Below, one piece after another: positions 21,555 to 31,822 of a DNA stretch of 39,513 nt; position 1 is the stretch's first letter, and the number at the start of each line of letters is the position of its first letter. Source of the DNA: a bacterium (GTDB lineage: Bacteria; Desulfobacterota; DSWW01); the NCBI GenBank assembly GCA_040756235.1, contig JBFLZG010000019.1, positions 1 through 39,513 on the forward strand, in the 5' to 3' direction. Below the pieces are notes generated by a model. It was given only the letters and a program-made list of their open reading frames with translations, had not been told where the DNA came from and ran no database searches. Both the position numbers and the translations under genes were made by a program.

Positions 21555-24304
21555 GCGAAAAGCCAGGCTCAGCTCCGCCGGAGGAAGAGTCCGACCCTTC
21601 GGGAAAACGCACGCTCGAGGTCGCGACCACGGCGGGCCGGCTCCTGCAGAACTGGGGCGAGGCGTACCGCCGCGCGCTCGCTTACCTCGAGGAGCTGGGA
21701 GTCCCCGCGAACGAGCGCGCCGGTCTGGCCGAGGAGGCCGTCGGCCGCGCCCTCGCGGAGCCGTGGCCCGAGCCGAGCGATTCGATCTCGGAGACCCTGC
21801 GCGCGACGCGCGCCTTGCTCCTGGAGCGCTATCCTTCATCCGTTCCCGGCGCCGCGGACGGCTCCGCCGAGGACCCTTTCCTCCGTTGGCGCCTCGAGCG
21901 CGCCCTCGAGCACGGCCTGACCGCCGACCAGGCGCCCTCCGGGCCGTCGGCCGCGCCGGCCCCCCCCTGGGAGCAAGGCCGGCTCTGTTCCATGCCTCGC
22001 CTGGACCGATTTTCCATGACTCCGGAGACGATCGAGAGGCGGCCGCTGGTGCGGCTCGCCAGGCGCCTCTTCGGGCGCCGCGGCGCGAACGGCCCGAACG
22101 GCCGCACGGCCGCTCCTGCAGCGCGTCCGCTGGTCGGCAAGTCCTTGCGCCGCCTGCGCCGCTCCATGCCGTGGACGCGGGCCGCCCTGCGGCGCCGTTT
22201 TCTCCTCATCCTGCTCGTCCTGATCCCGACCATCGTGGCAAGCGGCTCCATGGCCAACATCCTGCACGCCCAGGACCGCACCTGGGTCTGGATACCGACC
22301 GTGGTCGTCTTCGGCGCTCTCTTCGGCTGGATCTCGATCGGGTTCTGGACGGCGCTCATGGGCTTCTTCACCCTGATCCGCCGGCGCGATCGTTTTGCGA
22401 TCACCCGTCTCAAGGAGCTCCAGCCGGTCGAGATCGACGGCAAGGCCCGCACTGCGATCGTCATGCCGATCTGCGGCGAGCCGGTCGAGCGCGTCTTCGC
22501 GGGCCTGCGCGCGATCCGGCGCTCCCTGGAGAGTTCGGGCCTGATCGAGCCGTTCCACTTCTTCGTCCTGAGCGACACCCAGGACCCAGGGCTGGCCGTG
22601 CAGGAGGAGGCCGCCTGGTTCGAATGGTGCCGCGACGCGCACGGGTTCGGCAGCATCTTCTATCGCCGGCGCAAGGTCCGGGTCGCCAGGAAGAGCGGCA
22701 ACATCGCCGACTTCCTGCGGCGCTGGGGCAAGCTCTACCGCTACATGATCGTGCTCGACGCCGATAGCCTCATGAGCGGTGAAACGGTCACCAGGCTCGT
22801 GCAGCTCATGGAGGCGCACCCGCAGGTCGGCATGGTCCAGACCGCCCCCTCAGCGGTCAACCGCGATTCGCTCCTGGCGCGGGTGCAGCAGTTCTCGACC
22901 CGCGCCTACGGGCCGATGTTCGCGGCAGGGCTGCACGCCTGGCAGCTCGGGGACGGACAGTTCTGGGGCCACAACGCGATCATCCGCGTGGAGCCGTTCA
23001 TGGCCCATTGCGGCCTGCCGAAGCTGCCCGGCAAGGAGCCGTTCGGCGGGGAGATCCTGAGCCATGACTTCGTGGAATCGGCGCTCATGGGCCGCGCCGG
23101 GTGGACCATGTGGCTGGCCTACGACCTGGGCGGCAGCTACGAGGAGATCCCGTCCACCTTGCTCGAGGAGATGAAGCGGGATCGGCGCTGGTGCCAGGGC
23201 AACCTGCAGCATCTGCGGCTCCTGTTCAGCGAAGGCCTGTTCGGGGCCCACCGCATGCTCTTTCTGAACGGTGCGCTCTCCTACGTCTCCGCCCTGCTCT
23301 GGTTCCTCTTCCTGACCCTGAGCACGGCCGAGGCCATCCGGTTTGCCATCACGCCGCCCCAGTACTTTCCCGAGGGGCCGGTGCTCTTTCCGCAATGGCC
23401 GGTGTGGCGGCCGCTCTGGGCCATCTCGCTCGTAGCCGTGATCGGGCTCTTGCTCTTCCTGCCCAAGACGCTCGCCGCCCTGCTGATCGTCTTCAAGCAC
23501 CGCAACGCCCGGGCCTTCGGCGGGGTGCTGCGCCTGCTGCTCAGCATCGTCCTGGAGATCCTGCTCTCGAGCCTGCTCGCACCGATCCGGATGGTGTTCC
23601 ACAGCCGCTTCGTGGTCACCAACCTGCTCGGCCGCACCGTCACCTGGCGCGCTTCGGACCGTGAAGGGAAGCCGACCGGCTGGCGCGAGGCCTTCCGCAG
23701 CCACGCCGCCGATTCGCTCCTGGCGAGCGCCTGGGGCGGAGCGCTCTTCTGGCTCAATCCCAATTACTTCTGGTGGGTCACGCCGATCGTGAGCGCCCTG
23801 ATTCTTTCCATCCCCCTGTCGGTCTTTACGAGCCGCTCGAGCGCAGGCCAGAGGGCGCGCCGCTGGGGGCTCTTCCTCATCCCCGAAGAAAGCCAGCCGC
23901 CACCTCTCCTGCAGGAATTCCGAGAGCTCCACGCCGATGCCAAGCGCCGCAGCGCGGCCCTGCCCGAGCGGGAGCGGGACGGCTTCGTGCGCGCCGCGGT
24001 CAACCCGCTGGTCAACGCCCTGCACCGTGCGCTCCTCGGCAGGCCCCGGCGCGTCATGGGGAGCATCCGAGAGCGGCGCCGTGCCTGGCTCGAACGGCTG
24101 TCCCGAGAAGGCCCGGCCGCGCTCGGCATGCAGGAGCGACGCGCCCTGCTCCTCGACCCGGAGTGCACCGATGGCCTGCACGAGCGCCTCTGGTCCGTGC
24201 CCGAGCGCGAGGCCGCGATCCTCTGGGGCGGGACCTCTCCCAGGCCTGCGGCGGCGCCGCGCAAGGACCCGGAAAGCCCCGGCCATCCCCCGGTCCAGGG
24301 CTGA
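21551..24304 (+). CDS. opgH: glucan biosynthesis glucosyltransferase H
   Basis: RKSGNIADF, VLDADS, WGHNAIIR, LSHDFVE, RDRRWCQGNLQH; ATGA overlap with opgG. Confidence 0.95.
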   Translation: MSEKPGSAPPEEESDPSGKRTLEVATTAGRLLQNWGEAYRRALAYLEELGVPANERAGLAEEAVGRALAEPWPEPSDSISETLRATRALLLERYPSSVPGAADGSAEDPFLRWRLERALEHGLTADQAPSGPSAAPAPPWEQGRLCSMPRLDRFSMTPETIERRPLVRLARRLFGRRGANGPNGRTAAPAARPLVGKSLRRLRRSMPWTRAALRRRFLLILLVLIPTIVASGSMANILHAQDRTWVWIPTVVVFGALFGWISIGFWTALMGFFTLIRRRDRFAITRLKELQPVEIDGKARTAIVMPICGEPVERVFAGLRAIRRSLESSGLIEPFHFFVLSDTQDPGLAVQEEAAWFEWCRDAHGFGSIFYRRRKVRVARKSGNIADFLRRWGKLYRYMIVLDADSLMSGETVTRLVQLMEAHPQVGMVQTAPSAVNRDSLLARVQQFSTRAYGPMFAAGLHAWQLGDGQFWGHNAIIRVEPFMAHCGLPKLPGKEPFGGEILSHDFVESALMGRAGWTMWLAYDLGGSYEEIPSTLLEEMKRDRRWCQGNLQHLRLLFSEGLFGAHRMLFLNGALSYVSALLWFLFLTLSTAEAIRFAITPPQYFPEGPVLFPQWPVWRPLWAISLVAVIGLLLFLPKTLAALLIVFKHRNARAFGGVLRLLLSIVLEILLSSLLAPIRMVFHSRFVVTNLLGRTVTWRASDREGKPTGWREAFRSHAADSLLASAWGGALFWLNPNYFWWVTPIVSALILSIPLSVFTSRSSAGQRARRWGLFLIPEESQPPPLLQEFRELHADAKRRSAALPERERDGFVRAAVNPLVNALHRALLGRPRRVMGSIRERRRAWLERLSREGPAALGMQERRALLLDPECTDGLHERLWSVPEREAAILWGGTSPRPAAAPRKDPESPGHPPVQG

Positions 24305-24424
24305 TGCCGATGCCTCGACGCGAAGCGTGCCTTTGGCCACCGGATGGCTGGTGCTCTCAAGTGCCGGGGAGCTGAGAGGCCGCCGGTTTGCGCCGTTCTC
24401 TCCCGCACGCCGCCGGCCGCGCGT

Positions 24425-24453
24425 TTGACCGGGCAATCGAGCCTTCCTATACT
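24425..24453 (+). promoter_or_regulatory. sigma70 promoter
   Basis: TTGACC-17 nt-TATACT, about 90 nt upstream of the aminotransferase. Confidence 0.75.
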
Positions 24454-24542
24454 CCAAGACTCTCCTGCTCCGAGCCGGGCGCAGGCCCGGATTCCCGGAG
24501 CCGGCCGGCTGGAGCTTCAACACAAGCAGGCGAGGTTCTGCG

Positions 24543-25730
24543 ATGCCGCTCGATCCTCATGCCTTCCGCGACCTCGACCCCGGCAACCGCGTGCTCATGG
24601 GACCCGGGCCGAGCGACGTGGCGCCCCGCGTGCTGCAGGCCATGGCTGCGCCCTGCATCGGGCATTTGGACCCGTATTTCCTCTCCGTCATGGACGAAAC
24701 CCAACAACTCCTGCGGTTCGTCTTCCAGACCCGAAACGAGCTGACCATCCCTGTCTCCGGAACCGGCAGCGCCGGCATGGAGGCCTGCTTCGTCAACCTC
24801 GTGGAGCCGGGAGACGAAGTGGCCGTGTGCGTGAACGGCGTGTTCGGCACCCGGATGTGCGACATCGTCAACCGGCTCGGCGCCCGCCTGATCCGCATCG
24901 AGGCCGAGTGGGGACGCGCGATGGATCCGGACCGGGTGCGCCAAGCCGTTCGCGGCAGGAGCCCGAAGCTCCTGGCCGCGGTCCACGCCGAGACTTCCAC
25001 CGGCGCCTCCACGTCTCTCCAGGACCTGTCCGTGGTCGCACGCGAGGCCGGGGCGCTGCTGCTCGCGGACACGGTCACTTCGCTGGGCGGCATGGAAGTC
25101 GCGGCGGACAAGTGGGGCATCGACGCGCTTTACAGCGGCAGCCAGAAGTGCCTCTCGTGCCCGCCGGGCATGGCGCCGATCTCGTTCAGCCCGGCCGCCG
25201 TCCGGGCCCTCGAGGCGCGCACCCACCCGGTGGTGAGCTGGTATCTGGACATGGGTATGGTCCGCAGCTATTGGGGCGCGGAGCGCAAGTACCATCATAC
25301 GGCGCCGGTCAACATGGTCTACGCCCTGCGCGAGGCCCTGCGCATGGTGGCCGAGGAAGGGCTGGAAGCCCGCTTCACCCGTCACCGGCGCAACCACCGG
25401 GCACTGGTCGCAGGGCTCGAGGCCATGGGCCTTTCCATGCTCGTTCCCGAGCCGGAGCGGCTGCCGATGCTCAACGCCGTCCGCATCCCGCAGGGAGCGG
25501 ACGACCGCAAGATTCGAACGGCGCTGCTGCGCAGCTTCGGCATCGAGATCGGCGGCGGCCTTGGTCCTCTCACCGGCAAGGTCTGGCGCATCGGGCTGAT
25601 GGGGCATGCCTGCTCGGCCCGCAACGTGCTCCTGTGCCTTTCCGCTCTGCAGACCGTCCTCACGGCCGAGGGAATCAAGGTCAGGCCAGGCGCTCAGGAA
25701 GCGGCGGCCGCGGCTTGTTCCAGATCCTGA
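24543..25730 (+). CDS. alanine-glyoxylate/serine-pyruvate aminotransferase (class V PLP enzyme)
   Basis: LMGPGPS, SGTGSAGME, HAETSTG, DTVTSLGG, SGSQKCLSCPPG (PLP Lys), YHHTAP, WRIGLMG. Confidence 0.93.
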   Translation: MPLDPHAFRDLDPGNRVLMGPGPSDVAPRVLQAMAAPCIGHLDPYFLSVMDETQQLLRFVFQTRNELTIPVSGTGSAGMEACFVNLVEPGDEVAVCVNGVFGTRMCDIVNRLGARLIRIEAEWGRAMDPDRVRQAVRGRSPKLLAAVHAETSTGASTSLQDLSVVAREAGALLLADTVTSLGGMEVAADKWGIDALYSGSQKCLSCPPGMAPISFSPAAVRALEARTHPVVSWYLDMGMVRSYWGAERKYHHTAPVNMVYALREALRMVAEEGLEARFTRHRRNHRALVAGLEAMGLSMLVPEPERLPMLNAVRIPQGADDRKIRTALLRSFGIEIGGGLGPLTGKVWRIGLMGHACSARNVLLCLSALQTVLTAEGIKVRPGAQEAAAAACSRS

Positions 25731-25737
25731 AGGATCG

Positions 25738-28374
25738 ATGGACTCTGTCTTCCTGCGGAAAATCCGGCGCATCGTCGGCAGGGACCACCTCCGCACCGGT
25801 CCGGCCGACCTGGAGGTCTATTCCTACGATGCCTCCCTGGCACGGCAGCTTCCCGGGGCCGTCGCCTTTCCCGCCGACGCCGGCCAGACGGCTGCGGTCG
25901 TGCGGGTCGCCTGCGAGGCCGGTGTTCCCTGCGTACCCAGAGGCTTCGGCACCAACCTGTCCGGCGGCAGCGTTGCGCCCGAAGGCGGTCTGGTCCTCTG
26001 CCTGTCCCGTCTGAACCGCATCCTGGCCATCCGGCCGGAGCGCCGCTGTGCCCTGGTCCAGCCCGGCGTCACGAACCTCGAGCTTCAGAACGCCCTGGCC
26101 CCCCTCGGGTTCTTCTATGCGCCCGACCCTGCGAGCCAGAAGGTGTCGACCCTGGGCGGCAACGTGGCCGAGAACTCGGGAGGTCCTCGGTGCGTCAAGT
26201 ACGGGGTGACCAAGAACCACGTCCTGGGCATGGAAGTCGTTCTTGCCGGAGGCGAGCGGGTGCGGATCGGCGGGGAGGCTTCCGATCCGCCCGGGCTGGA
26301 CCTGTGCGGGCCCCTCACCGGCAGCGAGGGCACCCTGGGGATCGTCACCGAGCTCCTGGTCCGCATTCTGCCCCTTCCCGAGTCGCTCGTAACGCTGCTC
26401 GCCGTGTTCGACGACGTCGCGGACGCGGCGCGCTGCGTCTCCGGGATCATGGCCCACGGCATTCTCCCTTCCAGCCTGGAGATGATGGACGCCCCGATCA
26501 TGCGTGCGGTGGAAGAGAGCATGCCGTGCGGCTATCCGCTGGACGCGGCGGCCGTGCTGATCATCGAAGTGGACGGACCGGCCCAGGGCCTGGCGAGCCA
26601 GGCCGAGCGCATCCGGGAAATCTGCCGCGCCAACCGCTCGACAAAAGTGCGGGAAGCCGGGGACGCGGCGGAGCGGAACCGGCTCTGGGCCGGCAGGCGC
26701 GGCGCCTTCGGGGCCGTGGCTCGAATTTCACCGAGCTACCTGGTGACCGACTGCACGGTGCCCCGGACGAAACTGCCTGAGGCCCTCGCGGGCGTGGCGG
26801 CAGCGGCGCGGCGCCAGGGACTGTCCTGCGGCAACGTCTTTCACGCGGGCGACGGCAACCTGCACCCGCTCCTCTTCTTCGACTCCCGCGACCCGGACCA
26901 GCTCCGCCGCGTTCACGACGCGGGGTTGGAGATCATGCAGGAGTGCGTGGCCCTGGGCGGCACCATCACGGGCGAGCACGGCGTGGGGCTGGAAAAGAGA
27001 CAGGCCATGAGGCTGGTCTTCTCCGAGGACGACCTGGCTTTCCAGCAGGCCCTCAAGCTCGCCTTCGACCCGGCGCAACGGCTCAACCCCGGCAAGGTGC
27101 TTCCCGATGCCGTCGTCCCCGCGCACACGAGCGCCGGGCACGCGCCCGCCGCAGCCGGACGCGGACCGGGCAGCGGCGAGCCGCTCCTGCCTGCCTCGGC
27201 CGAAGAAGCCGCTGCGATCGTCCGAGGCGCGCTCCGCGACCGTGTCGCGCTCGTGCCCCAGGGCGCCGGACGGTGGCAGGCGTTCGGGAACGCGCCCGCA
27301 AAGACGTGGCTGCCGCTCGGGAGCTCGAACCTCTCCGCTCTGGCGGCGTACGATCCGCTCAACCAGGTCGTCATCGCAGGAGCCGGCATGAGCCTGGCCG
27401 CGCTCCAGAGAATCCTTGCCGATCGCAACCAGTGGCTTCCGGTCCGGGCGCTCGATCCCGAAGTCGTCACCCTGGGCGGCATCGCCGCCCTGAACGCCGG
27501 CGGTCCGGAGCGGCTCCGCTGCGGCGCGCTGCGCGATCACCTGCTCGGCACGCGCTTCGTCTCGGGCAGGGGTCTGGTCATCCGGGCCGGCGGCCGCGTG
27601 CTCAAGAACGTGGCCGGATACGACGTCACGCGCCTCATGGCCGGCTCGGCCGGGACCCTGGGCTTCCTGTGCGAGCTGACCTTGCGCGTGTCGCCCGTGC
27701 CGCAAAGCTGCCGCGCCGTTCACGCCACAGGGCCCCTGGAGCGGGTCGCGGCGCTCTGCGCGCAGATCCTGCGCTCGAGCCTGGATCCGGCTTTCGTGGT
27801 TGCCGTGCCCGCGACCTTCGGGCAAGAGAGCCGTCCGAGCGCACCCGTGGACCTGGGCGACGGCGCACCCTGGCGCATGACCGTCGGCTTCGAGGGCCTC
27901 GATGAAACCGTGCAGGCCCAGGAGCGACGTTGCGCCGAGTCGCTCGCGCGCGGCGGCCTGCAACAGGAGCCGGCGCAGTCGTACCCGCTTCTCGAAGGGC
28001 CTCTGGCAAAGCAGGAGAGAGACCTCGACGGATGGCCGATTCTTCTCAGGGTGGACCTGCCTCTCGGCCGGGAGTCCGAGTTCCTTCGGATCGCACGGGA
28101 GACCTTCCGGCCGGGAGCGCTCCTGGCGGACCTCGGGTGCGGCCGCGTCCGGGCCGCCCTGTCGGACCTTTCGAACGCGCTCTGGCAAGACCTCTGCCGC
28201 CACGCGGCCGGCCGCGGCGGCCATGTGCTGCTGGAGAAGGCGCCCGCGGAGGTCCGCGCCTGCAGGGACGTGTTCGGCCCTCCGCGCCCCGAATGGAAGC
28301 TCATGCACGCCGTCAAGGACGCCCTGGATCCCTGCAACGTCTTTTCCCCGGGCCGTCTCCCGGGGCGGAAATAG
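25738..28374 (+). CDS. glcD: glycolate/2-hydroxyacid oxidase FAD subunit, GlcD-GlcE fusion
   Basis: N-half: PDPASQ, GSEGTLG, FHAGDGNLHP, GEHGVG, LNPGK. C-half: GGRVLKNVAGYD, GSAGTLG, KDALDP..FSPGR. Confidence 0.9.
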   Translation: MDSVFLRKIRRIVGRDHLRTGPADLEVYSYDASLARQLPGAVAFPADAGQTAAVVRVACEAGVPCVPRGFGTNLSGGSVAPEGGLVLCLSRLNRILAIRPERRCALVQPGVTNLELQNALAPLGFFYAPDPASQKVSTLGGNVAENSGGPRCVKYGVTKNHVLGMEVVLAGGERVRIGGEASDPPGLDLCGPLTGSEGTLGIVTELLVRILPLPESLVTLLAVFDDVADAARCVSGIMAHGILPSSLEMMDAPIMRAVEESMPCGYPLDAAAVLIIEVDGPAQGLASQAERIREICRANRSTKVREAGDAAERNRLWAGRRGAFGAVARISPSYLVTDCTVPRTKLPEALAGVAAAARRQGLSCGNVFHAGDGNLHPLLFFDSRDPDQLRRVHDAGLEIMQECVALGGTITGEHGVGLEKRQAMRLVFSEDDLAFQQALKLAFDPAQRLNPGKVLPDAVVPAHTSAGHAPAAAGRGPGSGEPLLPASAEEAAAIVRGALRDRVALVPQGAGRWQAFGNAPAKTWLPLGSSNLSALAAYDPLNQVVIAGAGMSLAALQRILADRNQWLPVRALDPEVVTLGGIAALNAGGPERLRCGALRDHLLGTRFVSGRGLVIRAGGRVLKNVAGYDVTRLMAGSAGTLGFLCELTLRVSPVPQSCRAVHATGPLERVAALCAQILRSSLDPAFVVAVPATFGQESRPSAPVDLGDGAPWRMTVGFEGLDETVQAQERRCAESLARGGLQQEPAQSYPLLEGPLAKQERDLDGWPILLRVDLPLGRESEFLRIARETFRPGALLADLGCGRVRAALSDLSNALWQDLCRHAAGRGGHVLLEKAPAEVRACRDVFGPPRPEWKLMHAVKDALDPCNVFSPGRLPGRK

Positions 28375-28391
28375 CTGAAGAGTGGAAAGGC

Positions 28392-29645
28392 ATGCAGGAC
28401 GCTGACCTCTCCCCGGCACTCGCCCGCTGCAACAGGTGCGGCTTCTGCCAGGTGGCATGCCCGATTTTCCGGGCCACGGGCCATGAGTCCGGCGTGGCCC
28501 GCGGCCGGCTGGCCCTGCTCCGCGCGCTCGAGGAAGGCCGGCTCGAGTGGTCGCAAGGCCTCGAACAGACCCTGTTCACGTGCCTGCTCTGCGGCGCCTG
28601 CACGACCAACTGCTTTCCGGCGATCCGCACCGTCGATCTCGTGGTGGACGCGCGCCGCCGCTACCTCGACCGCGTCGGCCGCCACCGGCTGCACCGGCTC
28701 CTGTTCGATAAGCTCCTGCCATACCCGGGCCGCATGCGCCTGGCCGCAAAGGCGGTCGCCCTGGGGCGGGACAGCGGCCTGGCGGAGGTAGCGTCCGCCT
28801 TGGGCCTGTTGAGGATCTTCGGCCGGGAATTCGCCCGCAGCGAAAAGATCCTGGACCGAGTGCCGCGGCGCGCTTTGAGGGAACGCATCCGGCCCGGCGT
28901 TCTCCAGGGGCACGGGAGCGGCCCGCGCGTGGCCTACTTCGCGGGATGCGGCCCGGACATCATGACTCCGGAGTCGGCCGCAGCGTCGATCCGCGCGCTG
29001 CTCGCCCGCAGCCGGGAAGTCGCGGTGCTGGCGAACGGCTGCTGCGGGCTGCCGGCCTGGAGCTACGGGGACCTGGAGGCCGCCAGGAGACTCGCCGAGA
29101 GGAACCTCGAAGTGCTCGCATCCTCCCCTTCATTCGACCTGCTGGTCACGGACTGCTCGAGCTGCGCGTCCTTCCTGAAGAGGTACCCCGACCTGTTCGA
29201 AGCGGGCGCTCCCTCTCATTCGAAGGCCCAGGCCATGGCGCCGCGCGTACGGGATTGGGTGGAGTGGGCCTTTGCCAGCTCCCTCGCGCCCCGTTCGCAG
29301 CGGGAGCGGATCGTCGCCACGTACCATGATCCCTGCCATGCCTCCAGGGGCCAGGGCCTGGCCAGGGAACCGCGCGCGCTCCTCAGCTCTCTGTCTGCAA
29401 TCGAGTACCGCGAGCTGCCGGAAGCGGACTGGTGCTGCGGCGGCGCCGGCTCATACGCGTTCTCCCATTTCGAGCTGGCCCGGCGCGTTCTCGCGAGAAA
29501 GATGGACAACCTGGAAAGGACCGGAGCCGGCGTTCTCGTCACCTCGTGTCCCGCCTGCATCCTCCAGCTCCGTTACGGCGTACGGATGCGCCGTCTCGCG
29601 GTGCGGGTCTGTCATCTTGCGGAGATCCTTTCGAGGCCCGCCTGA
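28392..29645 (+). CDS. glcF: glycolate oxidase iron-sulfur subunit
   Basis: CNRCGFCQVACP, CLLCGACTTNC, two CCG domains, YHDPCH. Confidence 0.88.
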   Translation: MQDADLSPALARCNRCGFCQVACPIFRATGHESGVARGRLALLRALEEGRLEWSQGLEQTLFTCLLCGACTTNCFPAIRTVDLVVDARRRYLDRVGRHRLHRLLFDKLLPYPGRMRLAAKAVALGRDSGLAEVASALGLLRIFGREFARSEKILDRVPRRALRERIRPGVLQGHGSGPRVAYFAGCGPDIMTPESAAASIRALLARSREVAVLANGCCGLPAWSYGDLEAARRLAERNLEVLASSPSFDLLVTDCSSCASFLKRYPDLFEAGAPSHSKAQAMAPRVRDWVEWAFASSLAPRSQRERIVATYHDPCHASRGQGLAREPRALLSSLSAIEYRELPEADWCCGGAGSYAFSHFELARRVLARKMDNLERTGAGVLVTSCPACILQLRYGVRMRRLAVRVCHLAEILSRPA

Positions 29646-29683
29646 GCGCGGAGCGTGCCGCAAGAAGAACCCCTGACGAGGAA

Positions 29684-30790
29684 TCACGGCCCCACCGCCA
29701 TGAACACGTCAGACCCTGCGAACCAACTCGAATCGCTCCAGACGATCCGGTTCGCCTCGGTCGAAACCGTTTGCAGCCTGTGCGTGTAACCCGAGGTCGT
29801 CAGCCGCCTGCGCGTGCGGGTCGAAAGATCGTACACGTTCAGCTCCTCGCAGGCGGCGTCCGGGCAGTTGTGCGTGGTGTAGAGAATGCGGCCCTCCGCC
29901 AGGACCGGCTCGAGCATCCTCAAGCTCGAGCTCATGAGCACCGCGCTCCCTCCGGTGTCCACGTTGTACTGCATCAGTTGCCACCAGGCCCCCTCTTTCT
30001 TGACCCAGATCAACCACGGGTATTTCACGTCGAGGATATCCGCCCGGCACGTCTCCTGGGACGTTCCCACTCGCGTCAGCTCCAGCGTCGAGACACGATA
30101 GAGCCAGATCTCCTGCAGCGTCGCAGGAGGTTCCGGATAGGCCACCCATGCTGCGTAGTCGCCGTCTCCCCGGAGGCTGCCGTGGTGCCTGTTTCCGCTC
30201 GCGATCGGCATGAAAGCCGGCGGCGAGCTGATGCTCCGGAATACCCATCGGTAATCGCTGACGTCCCGCCACTGGCCGGTCCAGATGAGGAAATTGCCGG
30301 AGCGCATGGCCTGGTATTTGTAGATCGCAGAGCCGGACTGGGTGGCCGGCTGCTGGCCGTCCGCGCCGCACAGCCACCAGTCCTCATCGATTTCGAGCAG
30401 GGCGACCCCGTCTGCCGCGCCGGACCAGGAAATGAAATCCTCGGCAGCGAGCAGATCCCGAATGCTCCCGTTCGACCGATCATAGAGTCTCAGGCGCACC
30501 GATCCGTCCCCGCCGGCCGAAGAGAACCAGAGCCAGCGCTCGTCCATGCCCAGCGCTTCATCGCGAGCCGCAGAGCCATCCTGCGTCAAAGGAAGGTATG
30601 CGCCGGTGGAGATCCGGTACAGCACGATGTCGTCGGCCTCTCGGTACGCGATGAGGTCTCCTTCGAGCACCGCCCCGGTGGCGTCCTGTGCGATCTTTCC
30701 CACGGTCCATGCGGCGTCCAGGGCAAGCGGAACGAGCAGCACCGACGCCGCAACCAGGAAGGCCAGCGGCCTCGACTTCTTGTCATGCAT
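29684..30790 (-). CDS. exported beta-repeat (propeller-like) protein
   Basis: GAGGAG RBS, signal peptide, repeated (I/L)xLY(D/R)xSTG...LT motifs. Confidence 0.78.
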   Translation of the reverse strand: MHDKKSRPLAFLVAASVLLVPLALDAAWTVGKIAQDATGAVLEGDLIAYREADDIVLYRISTGAYLPLTQDGSAARDEALGMDERWLWFSSAGGDGSVRLRLYDRSNGSIRDLLAAEDFISWSGAADGVALLEIDEDWWLCGADGQQPATQSGSAIYKYQAMRSGNFLIWTGQWRDVSDYRWVFRSISSPPAFMPIASGNRHHGSLRGDGDYAAWVAYPEPPATLQEIWLYRVSTLELTRVGTSQETCRADILDVKYPWLIWVKKEGAWWQLMQYNVDTGGSAVLMSSSLRMLEPVLAEGRILYTTHNCPDAACEELNVYDLSTRTRRRLTTSGYTHRLQTVSTEANRIVWSDSSWFAGSDVFMAVGP

Positions 30791-30800
30791 GACTTTCTCC

Positions 30801-31274
30801 TCATCGGACACGGCGCCCGGATGCGTCCACCACGGTCACCCTGTAGCCGGCCCGCGTCGGGTATGCGTCACAAAGCAGGGACACCGTATGCCTCCCGACT
30901 GCGGAGGCAGCGGCGCATACGCGCCGACTCCGGTCCAGGGCAAGGCCTTCCCGGACAAGCTCCCCCTGCGGAGAACCGATCAGGATCTCGGGATCCGAGC
31001 AGAGCCGGTCTTCCGCTGAGCGCATAACCGACGACACCAGCACGTCCAGAATGATCGTGTACGGGCGGCCTTCCGCAGAGGCCAGGTCGATGGAATAGAT
31101 CTGCTCCCCGCCGATCCTGCAGCTTCCCTCAGGCCAGTCGCAGGTGGTGCAGCCGACTTGCGTGCAGGGCTCCACGGTCTCGCACAGATCGGCCGGGTCG
31201 ACGCTGCCTCCACCGCCGCCGCACGCCGTCAACGAGAACAGACCCACGCAAAGGACCAGCCGCATCTTCTTCAT
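30801..31274 (-). CDS. Cys-rich lipoprotein
   Basis: GAGGAGG RBS, MKKMRLVLCVGLFSLTAC lipobox, Gly linker; ATGA overlap with the upstream gene. Confidence 0.78.
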   Translation of the reverse strand: MKKMRLVLCVGLFSLTACGGGGGSVDPADLCETVEPCTQVGCTTCDWPEGSCRIGGEQIYSIDLASAEGRPYTIILDVLVSSVMRSAEDRLCSDPEILIGSPQGELVREGLALDRSRRVCAAASAVGRHTVSLLCDAYPTRAGYRVTVVDASGRRVR

Positions 31275-31822
31275 GGCACCCTCCTCGAGAGGTTTCGGGT
31301 ATCCGGCACAGACTCCACGAAACCGCCGTTCTCGGTATACGCCCGGATCCAAACGGACCCGCGGAACGATTCGATCAACCCCAGAGAGCCGTTGCCGTGC
31401 AGCACGACCGAGTACAGCCCTCGCTCGGGGTTCGGGTCCGTGACGCAGAAGCTCCCTCCCTCGCCCGCCCCGATCGGCCTCTCCCAGATGACGCTGCCGT
31501 CCGGGCGCAGGACCTCCAACACCGCGTTGCCCTCCGCGTGGTCGCAGTCGGCCTCCAGCAGAACAAACAAGCTCCCCGCGGCAGCCGGGATTTCCCACTG
31601 CCAGCAACGGCTGCAGAACCAGCAGGCGAAACGCCCGCCGGTCACGGGATCCGCCGCCTGTCCCTGGCCCGTGCAGGTCGCACCGTCTTCCTCGATCCGG
31701 GCTCCCTCCCCTCCGGGGCGGGAATGGGTATGATCTCCGCTGGCATTGCTCCCGCACCCGGCCCCAAGGAACACCGCCAGGGCAAGAACCAGGAGCCGAT
31801 CGCCCATGCTCTTTTTCTCCAT
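31271..31822 (-). CDS. lipoprotein with beta-sandwich-like domain
   Basis: GGAGGAGG RBS, MEKKS...LAVFLGAGC lipobox, LEVLRPDGSV and GLYSVVL motifs. Confidence 0.75.
   Translation of the reverse strand: MEKKSMGDRLLVLALAVFLGAGCGSNASGDHTHSRPGGEGARIEEDGATCTGQGQAADPVTGGRFACWFCSRCWQWEIPAAAGSLFVLLEADCDHAEGNAVLEVLRPDGSVIWERPIGAGEGGSFCVTDPNPERGLYSVVLHGNGSLGLIESFRGSVWIRAYTENGGFVESVPDTRNLSRRVP

Noticed and set aside
16738..28458. Long antisense or alternate-frame ORFs (e.g. 16738..18045, 18169..19314, 20202..21839, 22850..24523, 24344..26014, 26728..28458)
   Set aside because: Shadow ORFs of well-supported genes in high-GC DNA, with no motifs. The same applies to 9321..10733, 29432..31027 and 34663..36774.
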